Shown: positions 39,230-52,300 of the stretch, piece by piece
How the letters are laid out: each line of letters opens with the position of its first letter
Position numbering within the stretch: position 1 is the first letter of the stretch
Source of the DNA: Eledone cirrhosa
Taxonomy: Eukaryota
Assembly (NCBI GenBank): GCA_964016885.1
Contig: OZ024744.1
Coordinates: 28,334,001 to 28,398,000, forward strand
DNA: 64,000 nt
Reading direction: 5' to 3'
The notes under the pieces: model-generated
What the model was told of the DNA's origin: nothing
The model's input: only the letters and a program-made list of their open reading frames with translations
Database searches by the model: none
Translations under genes and position numbers: made by a program

Positions 39230-42200
39230 TTTGTTGTTGTTGTTGTCGTCGTTGTCATCACTGTTATTGTCGCTGTTGTTGTCGTTGTTGTCGTTGTTTT
39301 CATGGTTATTGTCACTGTTGTTGTTGTTATCACTGTTATAGTCACTGTTGTTGTTGTCGCTGTTATAAATGTTATTGTCATTGTTGTTGTTGTTGTTGTC
39401 ATTGTTATCACTGTTATTGTCACTATTGTTGTTGTCGCTGTTATCACTGTTATTGCCACTGTTGTTGTTGTTCTCGCTGTTATCACTGTTATCGTCACTG
39501 TTGTTGTGTTGTCGCTGTTATAACTGTTATTGTCAAAGTTGTTGTTGTCGCTGTTATAACTGTTTTTGTCACTGTTATTGTTGTTGTCGCTGTTACCACT
39601 GTTATTGTCTTTGTTGTTGTTGTTGTTCTCGCTGTTATCACTGTTATTGTCATTGTTGTTGTCGCTGTTATCACTTATATTGTAATTGTTGTTGTTGTTG
39701 TTGTCGCTGTTATAACTGTTATTGTCACTGATGTTGTTGTTGTCGCTGTTATAACTGTTATTGTCAAAGTTGTTGTTGTTGTCTCTGTTATCACTGTTAT
39801 TGTCACTGTTGTTGTTGTCGCTGTTATCACTGTTATTGTCACTGGTGTTGTTGTTGTCGCTGTTAGTGTCACTCTTGTTGTTTTGTTGTTGTTGTCGTCG
39901 TTGTCATCACTGTTATTGTCGCTGTTGTTGTCGTTGTTGTCGTTGTTATCATGGTTATTGTCACTGTTGTTGTTGTTATCACTGTTATAGTCACTGTTGT
40001 TGTTGTCGCTGTTATAACTGTTATTGTCACTGTTGTTGTTGTTGTTGTCATTGTTATCACTGTTATTGTCACTATTGTTGTTGTCGCTGTTATCACTGTT
40101 ATTGTCACTGATGTTGTTGTTCTCGCTGTTATCACTGTTATCGTCACTGTTGTTGTGTTGTTGTCGCTGTTATAACAGTTATTGTCAAAGTTGTTGTTGT
40201 CGCTCTTATAACTGTTTTTGTCACTGTTATTGTTGTTGTCGCTGTTACCACTGTTATTGTCTTTGTTGTTGTTGTTGTTCTCGCTGTTATCACTGTTATT
40301 GTCATTGTTGTTGTCGCTGTTATCACTTATATTGTCATTGTTGTTGTTGTTGTCGCTGTTATAACTGTTATTGTCACTGATGTTGTTGTTGTCGCTGTTA
40401 TAACTGTTATTGTCAAAGTTGTTGTTGTTGTCTCTGTTATCACTGTTATTGTCACTGTTGTTGTTGTCGCTGTTATCACTGTTATTGTCACTGGTGTTGT
40501 TGTTGTCGCTGTTAGTGTCACTCTTGTTGTTTTGTTGTTGTTGTCGTCGTTGTCATCACTGTTATTGTCGCTGTTGTTGTTGTTGTTGTCGTTGTTATCA
40601 TGCTTATTGTCACTGTTGTTGTTGTTGTGGTTGTTGTTGTTGTTATCACTGTTATTGTCGCTGTTGTTGTTGTTGTTGTTGTCGCTGTTATTGTCACTGT
40701 TGTTGTTTTGTTGTTGTTGTTGTCGTCGTTGTCATCACTGTTATCGTCGCTGTTGTTGTCGTTGTTGTCCTTGTTATCATGGTTATTGTCACTGTTGTTG
40801 TCACTGTTATTGTTGTTGTCGCTGTTACCACTGTTATTGTCTTTGTTGTTGTTGTGGTCGCTGTTATCACTGTTATTGTCACTGTTGTTGTTGTTGTTGT
40901 CGCTGCTATCACTGTTATTGCCACTGTTGCTGTTGTTGTCGCTGTTATCACTGTTATTGTCACTGTGGCTGTTGTTGTTCTCGCTGTTATCACAGTTATT
41001 GTCACTGTTGTTGTTGTTGTTGTCGCTGTTATAACTGTTATTGTCATTGTTGTTGTTGTTGTCACTGTTATTGTCACTGTTGTTGTTGTTCTTGTCGCTG
41101 TTATAACTGGTATTGTCACTGTTATTGTTGTTGTAGCTTTTATCACTGTTATTGACACTGTTGTTATTGTTGTCGCTGTTATAACTGTTATTGTCACTGT
41201 TGTTGTTGTTGTCGCTGTTATTGTCACTGTTGTTGTTTTGTTGTTGTTGTTGTCGCTGTTATAACTGTTATTGCCATTGTTGTTGTTGTTGTTGTTGTCT
41301 CTGTTTTCACTGTTATTGTCACTGTTGTTGTCGTCGCTGTTATAACTGATATTGTTATTGGTGTTGATGTTGTCGCTGTTATAACTGTTATTGTCATTGT
41401 TGTTGTTGTCGCTGTTATCACTGTTAATGTCATTGTTGTTGTTGTTTTGTCGCTGTTATTACTGTTATTGTCACTGTGGTTGTTGTTCTCGCTGTTATCA
41501 CAGTTATTGTCACTGTTGTCGTTGTTGTTGTCGCTGTTATAACTGTTATTGTCACTGTTGTTGTTGTTGCCGCTGTTATCACTGTTATTGACACTGTTGT
41601 TGTTGTTGTCGCTGTTATCACTGTTATTGTCACTGTTGTTGTTGTTGTTGTCGTTGTTATCATGCTTATTGTCACTGTTGTTGTTGTCGTTGTTGTTGTT
41701 GTTATCACTGTTATTGTCACTGTTGTCTTTGTTGTTGTTGTTGTCGTTGTCATCACTTTTATTGTCGCTGTTGTTGTTGTTGTTGTCGCTGTTATTTTCA
41801 CTGTTGATGTTTTGTTGTTGTTGTTGTCGTCGTTGTCAACACTGTTATTGTCGCTGTTGTTGTCGTTGTTGTCGTTGTTATCATGGTTATTGTCACTGTT
41901 GTTGTTGTTATCACTGTTATAGTCACTGTTGTTGTTGTCGCTGTTATAACTGTTATTGTCATTGTTGTTGTTGTTGTTGTCATTGTTATCACTGTTATTG
42001 TCACTATTGTTGTTGTCGCTGTTATCACTGTTATTGCCACTGTTGTTGTTGTTCTCGCTGTTATCACTGTTATCGTCACTGTTGTTGTGTTGTTGTCGCT
42101 GTTATAACTGTTATTGTCAAAGTTGTTGTTGTCGCTGTTATAACTGTTTTTGTCACTGTTATTGTTGTTGTCGCTGTTACCACTGTTATTGTCTTTGTTG

Positions 42201-43130
42201 TTGTTGTTGTTCTCGCTGTTATCACTGTTATTGTCATTGTTGTTGTCGCTGTTATCACTTATATTGTAATTGTTGTTGTTGTTGTCGCTGTTATAACTGT
42301 TATTGTCACTGATGTTGTTGTTGTCGCTGTTATAACTGTTATTGTCAAAGTTGTTGTTGTTGTCTCTGTTATCACTGTTATTGTCACTGTTGTTGTTGTC
42401 GCTGTTATCACTGTTATTGTCACTGGTGTTGTTGTTGTCGCTGTTAGTGTCACTCTTGTTGTTTTGTTGTTGTTGTCGTCGTTGTCATCACTGTTATTGT
42501 CGCTGTTGTTGTCATTGTTGTCGTTGTTATCATGGTTATTGTCACTGTTGTTGTTGTTATCACTGTTATAGTCACTGTTGTTGTTGTCGCTGTTATAACT
42601 GTTATTGTCACTGTTGTTGTTGTTGTTGTCATTGTTATCACTGTTATTGGCACTATTGTTGTTGTCGCTGTTATCACTGTTATTGTCACTGTTGTTGTTG
42701 TTCTCGCTGTTATCACTGTTATCGTCACTGTTGTTGTGTTGTTGTCGCTGTTATAACTGTTATTGTCAAAGTTGTTGTTGTCGCTCTTATAACTGTTTTT
42801 GTCACTGTTATTGTTGTTGTCGCTGTTACCACTGTTATTGTCTTTGTTGTTGTTGTTGTTCTCGCTGTCATCACTGTTATTGTCATTGTTGTTGTCGCTG
42901 TTATCACTTATATTGTCATTGTTGTTGTTGTTGTCGCTGTTATAACTGTTATTGTCACTGATGTTGTTGTTGTCGCTGTTATAACTGTTATTGTCAAAGT
43001 TGTTGTTGTTGTCTCTGTTATCACTGTTATTGTCACTGTTGTTGTTGTCGCTGTTATCACTGTTATTGTCACTGGTGTTGTTGTTGTCGCTGTTAGTGTC
43101 ACTCTTGTTGTTTTGTTGTTGTTGTCGTTG
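39230..43130 (+). repeat. 649-bp higher-order repeat in pairs, nested in a ~2581-bp unit
   Basis: The marker GTTAGTGTCACTCTT occurs at ~39862, 40511, 42443 and 43092. Offsets 39761/40410 and 42342/42991 are 649, and 39761/42342 is 2581. A further ~610-bp variant lies at ~45665-46290. Confidence 0.88.
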
Positions 43131-44424
43131 TTATCATGCTTATTGTCACTGTTGTTGTTGTGGTTGTTGTTGTTGTTATCACTGTTATTGTCGCTGTTGT
43201 TGTTGTTGTTGTTGTCGCTGTTATTGTCACTGTTGTTGTTTTGTTGTTGTTGTTGTCGTCGTTGTCATCACTGTTATCGTCGCTGTTGTTGTCGTTGTTG
43301 TTCTTGTTATCATGGTTATTTTCACTGTTGTTGTCGCTGTTATCACTGTTATTGTCAATGTTGTTGTTGTCGCTGTTATAACTGTTATTGTCACTGTTGT
43401 TGTTGTTTTTATCATTGTTATCACTGTTATTGTCACTATTGTTGTTGTCACTGTTATTGTTCTTGTCGCTGTTACCACTGTTATTGTCTTTGTTGTTGTT
43501 GTGGTCGCTGTTATCACTGTTATTGTCACTGTTGTTGTTGTTGTTGTCGCTGTTATCACTGTTATTGCCACTGTTGCTGTTGTTGTCGCTGTTATCACTG
43601 TTATTGTCACTGTTGTTGTTGTTGTCGCTGTTATCACTGTTATTGTCACTGTTGCTGCTGTTGTCGCTGTTATCACTGTTATTGTCATTGTTGTTGTTGT
43701 TGTCGCGGTTATCACAGTTATTGTCATTGTTGTTGTTGTTGTTGTTGTTCTCGCTGTTATCACTGTTATTGTCGATGTTATACCTGTTATTGTCACTGTT
43801 GTTGTTGTTGTTGTCGGTGTTATAACTGTTATTAGTTACTGTTGTTGTTGTTGTTGTTCTTGCTGTTAGAACTAATATTGTCATTGTTGTTGTTGTTGCT
43901 GTCGGTGTTATTACTGTTATTGCCATTGTTGTTGTTGTTGTTGTCTCTGTTATCACTGTTATTGTCACTCTTGTTGTTGTCGCTGTTATTGTCACTGTTG
44001 TTGTTGTTGTTGTTGTCGCTGTTATAACTGTTCATGTCACTGTTGTTGTTGTTCTCACTGTTATCACTGTTATTGTCATTGTTGTTGTTGTTGTTGTTGT
44101 TGTTGTCGTTGTTATCATTGTTATTGTCATTGTTGTTGTCGCTGTTATCACTGTTATTGTCACTGTTATTGTCGCTGTTACAACTGTCAATGTTGTTGTT
44201 GTTATTGTCGCTGTTATCACTGTTATTGTCATTGTTGTTATTGTTGTTGTCGCTGTTATAACTGTTATTGTCACTGTTGTTGTTGTCGCTGTTTTAACTG
44301 TTATTGTCATTGTTGTTGTAGTCGCAGTTATCAATGTTATTGACACTGTTGTTGTTGTTGTTCTCGCTGTTATCACTGTTATTATCACTGTTGTTGTTGT
44401 TCTCGCTGCTATCATTGTTATTGT

Positions 44425-44457
<33 letters not shown>

Positions 44458-44980
44458 CGCTGTTATCACTGCCATTGTCACTGTTGTTTTCGCTGTTATC
44501 ACTGTTATCGTCATCGTTGTTGTTCTCGCTGTTATCACTGTTATTGTCACTGTTGTCGCTGTTATCACTGTTATTGTCACTGTTGTTGGTGTCGCTGTTA
44601 TCACGGTTATTGTCACTGTTGTTCTTGTTGACGCTGTTATAACTGTTATGGTTACTATTGTTGTTGTTCTCGCTGTTATCACTGTTATTGTCACTGTTGT
44701 TGTCGCTGTTATCGCTGTTATTGTCATTGTTGTTGTTGTTGTTGTCGCTGTTATCACTGTTATTGTCACTGATGTTGTTGTTCTTGCTGTTATCACTGTT
44801 ATTGTCACTGTTGTTGTTGTTGTTGTTGTTCTCGCTGTTATCACTGTTATTGTCATTGCTGTTGTTGTCGCTGTTATCACTGTTATTGTCACTGTTGTTG
44901 TTGTTCTCGCTGTTATTGTCATTGCTGTTGTTGTTGTTGTTGTCGGTGTTATCAGTGTTATTGTCACTGTTGTTGTTGTT

Positions 44981-45235
44981 GTCACTGTTATCACTGTTAT
45001 TGTCATTGCTGTAGTTGTTGTTGTCGCTGTTATCACTGTTATTGTCATTGGTGTTGTTGTTGTTGTCGCTGTTATAACTGTTATTGTCATTGCTGTTGTC
45101 GTTGTTGTCGCTGTTATCACTGTTATTGTCATTGCTGTTGTTGTTGTTGTCGCTGTTATCACTGTTATTGTCATTGGTGTTGTTGTTGTTGTCGCTGTTA
45201 TAACTGTTATTGTCATTGCTGTTGTTGTTGTTGTC
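44981..45235 (+). repeat. Run of fixed-length 42-bp monomer variants (GTCATTG[C/G]T tail)
   Basis: GTCATTGCT/GTCATTGGT starts at 45002, 45044, 45086, 45128, 45170 and 45212, exactly 42 bp apart. Related runs lie at ~61470-61700 and at 63676, 63718, 63760, 63802, 63844. Confidence 0.85.
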
Positions 45236-46337
45236 GCTGTTATCACTGTTATTGTCACTGTTGTTGTTGTTATCGCTGTTATCACTGTTATTGTCACTGT
45301 TGTTGTCACTTATAAATGTTATTATAACTGTTGTTGTCGCTGTTATAACTGTTATTGTCACTGTTGTCGTTGTTGTTGTCGCTGTTATAACTGTTATTGT
45401 CATTGTTGTTGTTGTCGCTGTTATAACTGTTATTGTCATTGTTGTTGTTGTTGTCGCTGTTATTGTCACTGTTGTTGTTTTGTTGTTGTTGTTGTTGTTG
45501 TCGCTGTTATCACTGTTATTGTTCTGTTGTTGTTATTGTTGTCGCAGTTATAACTGTTATTGCCATTGTTGTTGTTGTTGTTGTCTCTGTTATCACTGTT
45601 ATTGTCACTGTTGTTGTTGTCGCTGTTATCTCTGTTATTGTCACTGGTGTTGTTGTTGTCGCTGTTAGCGTCACTCTTGTTGTTTTGTTGTTGTTGTCGT
45701 CGTTGTCATCACTGTTATTGTCGCTGTTGTTGTCGTTGTTGTCGTTGTTATCATGGTTATTGTCACTGTTGTTGTTGTTATCACTGTTATAGTCACTGTT
45801 GTTGTTGTCGCTGTTATAACTGTTATTGTCACTGTTGTTGTTGTTTTTGTCATTGTTATCACTGTTATTGTCACTATTGTTGTTCTCGCTGTTATCACTG
45901 TTATCGTCACTGTTGTTGTGTTGTTGTCGCTGTTATAACTGTTATTGTCAATGTTGTTGTTGTCGCTCTTATAACTGTTTTTGTCACTGTTATTGTTGTT
46001 GTCGCTGTTACCACTGTTATTGTCTTTGTTGTTGTTGTTGTTCTCGCTGTTATCACTGTTATTGTCATTGTTGTTGTCGCTGTTATCACTTATATTGTCA
46101 TTGTTGTTGTTGTTGTCGCTGTTATAACTGTTATTGTCACTGATGTTGTTGTTGTCGCTGTTATAACTGTTATTGTCAAAGTTGTTGTTGTTGTCTCTGT
46201 TATCACTGTTATTGTCACTGTTGTTGTTGTCGCTGTTATCACTGTTATTGTCACTGGTGTTGTTGTTGTCGCTGTTAGTGTCACTCTTGTTGTTTTGTTG
46301 TTGTTGTCGTCGTTGTCATCACTGTTATTGTCGCTGT

Positions 46338-49300
46338 TGTTGTTGTTGTCGCTGTTATCACTGTTATTGTCACTGTTGTTGTCACTGTTATAAATGTTAT
46401 TGTCACTGTTGTTGTTGTCGCTGTTATAACTGTTATTGTCACTGTTGTCGTTGTTGTCGCTGTTATAACTGTTATTGTCACTGTCGTTTTTGTTCTCGCT
46501 CTTATCACTGTTATTGTCACTGTTGTTGTCGCTGTTATAACTGTTATTTTCATTGTTGTTGTTGTCGCTGTTATAACTGTTATTGTCACTGTTGTTGTCG
46601 CTGTTATTGTCACTGTTGTTGTTTTGTTGTTGTTGTTGTTGTTGTTGTCGCTGTTATCACTGTTATTGTTCTGTTGTTGATGTCGCTGTTATAACTGTTA
46701 TTGCCATTGTTGTTGTTGTTGTTGTCTCTGTTATCACTGTTATTGTCACTATTGTTGTTGTCGCTGTTATAACTTTTTTGTTATTGGTGTTGTTGTTGTC
46801 GCTGTTATGACTGTTATTGTCATTGTTGTTGTAGTCGCTGTTATCACTGTTAATGTCATTGTTGTTGTTGTTTTTGTCGCTGTTATTACTGTTATTGTCA
46901 CTGTGGTTGTTGTTGTTCTCGCTGTTATCACAGTTATTGTCACTGTTGTTGTTGTTGTTGTCGCTGTTATAACTGTTATTGTCACTGTTGTTGTTGTTCT
47001 TGTCGCTGTTATAACTGTTACTGTCACTGTTGTTGTTGTAGCTTTTATCACTGTTATTGACACTGTTGTTATTGTTGTCGCTGTTATAACTGTTATTGTC
47101 ACTATTGTTGTTGTGGTTCTCGCTGTTATAACTGTTATTGTGACTGTTGTTGTTGTTGTTGTCGCTGTTATAACTGTTATTGTCATTGTTGTTGTTGTCG
47201 CAGTTATCACTGTTATTGACACTGTCGTTGTTGTTGTTGTCGCTGTTATCACTGTTATTGTCACTGTTGTTGTTGTCGCTGTTATAACTGTTATTGTCAC
47301 TGTTGTTGTTGCTGTTGTCGCTGTCATAACTCTTATTGTCACTGTTGTTGTTGTTGTTGTTGTCGTTGTTATCACTGTTATTGTCATTATTGTTGTTGGC
47401 GCTGTTATCACTGTTATTGTCATTGTTGTTGTTGTCGCTGTTATCACTGTTATTGTCCCTCTTGTTGTTGTCGCTGTTATAACTGTTATTGTCACTATTG
47501 CTTTTGTTGTTGTCGCTCTTATCACTCTTATTGTCATTGTTGTTGTTGTTCTCGCTGCTATCCCTGTTATTGTTACTCTTGTTGTTGTTCTCGCTGTTAT
47601 CACAGTTATTGTCACTGTTGTTTTGTTGTTCTCGCTGTTATCATTGTTATTGTCACTGTTGTTGTTGTTGTCGCTGTTATATCTGTTATTGTCACTGTTG
47701 TTGTTGTTGCTGTCTCTGTTATCACTGTTATTGTCATTGTTGTTGTTGTTGTACTCGCTGTTATCACTGTTATTGTCACTGTTGTTGTCGATGTTATCAC
47801 TGTTATTTTCCTTGTTGTTTTTGTTGTCACTGTTATAACTGTTATTGTCATTGTTGTTGTTGTTGTCGCTGTTATCACTGTTATTGTCATTGTTGTTGTT
47901 GTTGTTGTCGCTGTTATCACTGTTATTGTCACTGTTGTTGTTGTTGTCCCTGTTATCACTGTTATTGTCACTGTTGTCGTTGTTGTTGTCACTGTTATTT
48001 ATAAATGTTATTGTCACTGTTGTTGTTGTCGCTGTTATAACTGTTATTGTCACTGTTGTTGTTGTCGCTGTTATAACTGTTATTGTCACTGTTTTTATTG
48101 TTGTCGCTGTTATAACTGTTATTGTCACTGTTGTTGTTGTTGTCGCTGTTATCACTGTTATTGTCACTGTTGTTGTTGTTGTCTCTGTTATCACTGTTAT
48201 TGTCATTGTTGTTATTGTTGTTGTCGCTGTTATAACTGTTATTGTCATTGTTGTTGTTGTCGCTGTTATAACTGTTATTGACACTGTTGTCGTTGTCCCT
48301 GTTATAACTGTTACTGTCACTGTTGTTGTTGTCGCTGTTATCACTGTTATTGTCACTGTTGTTGTCGCCGTTATCACTGTTATTGTCATTGTTGTTGTTG
48401 TCGCTGTTATAACTGTTATTGTAATTGTTGTTGTTGTTGTCGCTGTTATCACTGTTATTGTCATTGTTGTTGTCGCTGTTATCACTGTTATTGTCACTGT
48501 TGTTGTTTTTGTCGCTGTTATCACTGTTATTGTCACTGTTGTTGTCACTGTTATAAATGTTATTGTCACTGTTGTTGTTGTCGCTGTTATAACTGTTATT
48601 GTCACTGTTGTTGTTGTTGTCGCTGTTATAACTGTTATTGTCACTGTCGTTTTTGTTCTCGCTCTTATCACTGTTATTGTCACTGTTGTTGTTGTCGCTG
48701 TTATAACTGTTATTGTCATTGTTGTTGTTGTCGCTGTTATAACTGTTATTGTCACTGTTGTTGTCGCTGTTATTGTCACTATTGTTGTTTTGTTGTTGTT
48801 GTTGTTGTTGTTGTTGTCGCTGTTATCACTGTTATTGTTCTGTTGTTGTTGTTGTCGCTGTTATTACTGTTATTGCCATTGTTGTTGTTGTTGTCTCTGT
48901 TATCACTGTTATTGTCACTATTGTTGTTGTCGCTCTTATAACTTTTATTGTTATTGGTGTTGTTGTTGTCGCTGTTATGACTGTTATTGTCACTGTGGTT
49001 GTTGTTTTTCTCGCTGTTATAACAGTTATTGTCACTGTTGTTGTTGTTGTTGTCGCTGTCATAACTGTTATTGTCACTGTTGTTGTTGTTCTTGTCGCTG
49101 TTATAACTGTTATCGTCACTGTTGTTGTTGTAGCTTTTATCACTGTTATTGACACTGTTGTTATTGTTGTCGCTGTTATAACTGTTATTGTCACTGTTGT
49201 TGTTGTTGTCGCTGTTATTGTCACTGTTGTTGTTTTGTTGTTGTTGTTGTTGTCGCTGTTATAACTGTTATTGCCATTGTTGTTGTTGTTGTTGTCTCTG

Positions 49301-52300
49301 TTATCACTGTTATTGTCATTGTTGTTGTTGTCGCTGTTATCACTGTTAATGTCATTGTTGTTGTTGTTTTTGTCGCTGTTATTACTGTTATTGTCACTGT
49401 GGTTGTTGTTGTTCTCGCTGTTATCACAGTTATTGTCACTGTTGTTGTTGTTGTTGTCGCTGTTATAACTGTTATTGTCACTGTTGTTGTTGTTCTTGTC
49501 GCTGTTATAACTGTTATTGTCACTGTTGTTGTTGTTGTAGCTTTTATCACTGTTATTGTCACTGTTGTTATTGTTGTCGCTGTTATAACTGTTATTGTCA
49601 CTGTTGTTGTTGTTGTCGCTGTTATTGCCACTGTTGTTGTTTTGTTGTTGGTGTTGTTGTCGCTGTTATAACTGTTATTGCCATTGTTGTTGTTGTTGTT
49701 GTCTCTGTTATGACTGTTATTGTCATTGTTGTTGTTGTCGCTGTTATCACTGTTAATGTCATTGTTGTTGTTTTTGTCGCTGTTATTACTGTTATTGTCA
49801 CTGTGGTTGTTGTTGTTCTCGCTGTTATCACAGTTATTGTCACTGTTGTTGTTGTTGTTGTCGCTGTTATAACTGTTATTGTCATTGTTGTTGTTGTTGT
49901 CACTGTTATTGTCACTGTTGTTGTTGTTGTTGTCGCTGTTATAACTGGTATTGTCACTGTTATTGTTGTTGTAGCTTTTATCACTGTTATTGACACTGTT
50001 GTTATTGTTGTCGCTGTTATAACTGTTATTGTCACTGTTGTTGTTGTTGTCGCTGTTATAACTGTTATTGCCATTGTTGTTGTTGTTGTTGTTGTCTCTG
50101 TTTTCACTGTTATTGTCACTGTTGTTGTTGTCGCTGTTATAACTGTTATTGTCATTGTTGTTGTTGTCGCTGTTATCACTGTTATTGTCATTGTTGTTGT
50201 TGTTTTTGTCGCTGTTATTACTGTTATTGTCACTGTGGTTGTTGTTCTCGCTGTTATCACAGTTATTGTCACTGTTGTCGTTGTTGTTGTCGCTGTTATA
50301 ACTGTTATTGTCACTGTTGTTGTTGTTGCCGCTGTTATCACTGTTATTGACACTGTTGTTGTTGTTGTCGCTGTTATCACTGTTATTGTCACTGTTGTTG
50401 TTGGCGCTGTTATCGTCACTGTTGTTTTGTTGTTGTCGTTGTTATCATGCTTATTGTCACTGTTGTTGTTGTCGTTGTTGTTGTTGTTATCACTGTTATT
50501 GTCACTGTTGTCTTTGTCGTTGTTGTTGTCGTTGTCATCACTGTTATTGTCGCTGTTGTTGTTGTTGTTGTCGCTGTTATTTTCACTGTTGATGTTTTGT
50601 TGTTGTTGTTGTCGTCGTTGTCATCATTGTTATTGTCGCTGTTGTTGTCGTTGTTGTCGTTGTTATCATGGTTATTGTCACTGATGTTGTTGTTATCACT
50701 GTTATAGTCACTGTTGTTGTTGTCGCTGTTATAACTGTTATTGTCATTGTTGTTGTTGTTGTTGTCATTGTTATCGCTGTTATTGTCATTGTTGTTGTTG
50801 TCGCTGTTATAACTGTTATTGTCACTGTTATTATCACTGTTATTGACACTGTCGTTATTGTTGTTCTCGCTGTTATCTCTGTTATTGTCACTGTTGTTGT
50901 TGTTGTCACTGTTATAACTGTTATTGTCACTGTTGTTGTTGTTGTCGCTATTATATCTGTTATTGTCACTGATGTTGTTGTTGCTGTCTCTGTTATCACT
51001 GTTATTGTCATTGCTGTTGTTGTTGTTGTACTTGCTGTTATCACTGTTATTGTCACTGTTGTTGTCGATGTTATCACTGTTAATTTCATTGTTGTTTTTG
51101 TTGTCACTGTTATAACTGTTATTGTCATTGTTGTTTTTGTTGTCGCTGTTATCACCGTTATTGTCATTGTTGTTGTTGTCGCTGTTATAACTGTTATTGT
51201 CACTGTTTTTGTTGTTGTCGCTGTTATAGCTGTTATTGTCACTGTTGTTGTTGTTGTTGTCGCTGTTATCACTGTCATTGTCACTGTTGTTGTCATTGTC
51301 TCTGTTATCACTGTTATTCTCATTGTTGTTATTGTTGTTGTCGCTGTTATAACTGTTATTGTCATTGTTGTTGTTGTCGCTGTTATAACTGTTATTGTCA
51401 CTGCTGTCGTTGTCCCTGTTATAACTGTTACTGTCACTTTTGTTGTTGTTGCTGTTATCACTGTTATTGTCACTGTTGTTGTCGCCGTTATCACTGTTAT
51501 TGTCATTGTTGTTGTTGTCGCTGTTATAACTGTTATTGTCATTGTTGTTGTTGTTGTTGTCGCTGTTATCACTGTTATTGTCATTGTTGTTTTCGCTGTT
51601 ATCACTGTTATTGTCACTGTTGTTGTTGTCGCTGTTATCACTGTTATTGTCACTGTTGTTGTCACTGTTATAAATGTTATTGTCACTCTTGTTGTTGTCG
51701 CTGTTATAACTGTTATTGTCACTGTTGTCGTTGTTGTCGCTGTTATAACTGTTATTGTCACTGTCGTTTTTGTTCTCGCTCTTATCACTGTTATTGTCAC
51801 TGTTGTTGTTGTCGCTGTTATAACTGTTATTGTCATTGTTGTTGTTGTCGCTGTTATAACTGTTATTGTCACTGTTGTTGTCGCTGTTATTGTCACTGTT
51901 GTTGTTTTGTTGTTGTTGTTGTTGTTGTTGTCGCTGTTATCACTGTTATTGTTCTGTTGTTGATGTCGCTGTTATAACTGTTATTGCCATTGTTGTTGTT
52001 GTTGTTGTCTCTGTTATCACTGTTATTGTCACTATTGTTGTTGTCGCTGTTATAACTTTTTTGTTATTGGTGTTGTTGTTGTCGCTGTTATGACTGTTAT
52101 TGTCATTGTTGTTGTAGTCGCTGTTATCACTGTTAATGTCATTGTTGTTGTTGTTTTTGTCGCTGTTATTACTGTTATTGTCACTGTGGTTGTTGTTGTT
52201 CTCGCTTTATCACAGTTGTTGTCACTGTTGTTGTTGTTGTTGTCGCTGTTATAACTGTTATTGTCACTGTTGTTGTTGTTCTTGTCGCTGTTATAACTGT

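Larger units (their letters stand above)
29770..46337 (+). repeat. Copy 1 of a ~16.5-kb tandem duplication
   Basis: Collinear with 46338-61915 at offsets of 16468-16731 (30015/46583, 32178/48749, 35339/51866, 39761/56232, 43842/60313, 45210/61678). Shares private variants such as GTTATTACTGTTATTGCC at ~32289/48860. Confidence 0.9.

Noticed and set aside
42342-43835. Cys/His/Tyr-rich ORFs resembling metallothionein or keratin-associated proteins
   Set aside because: They are simply the TGT reading of (GTT)n, and they shift into Leu or Val frames at indels.
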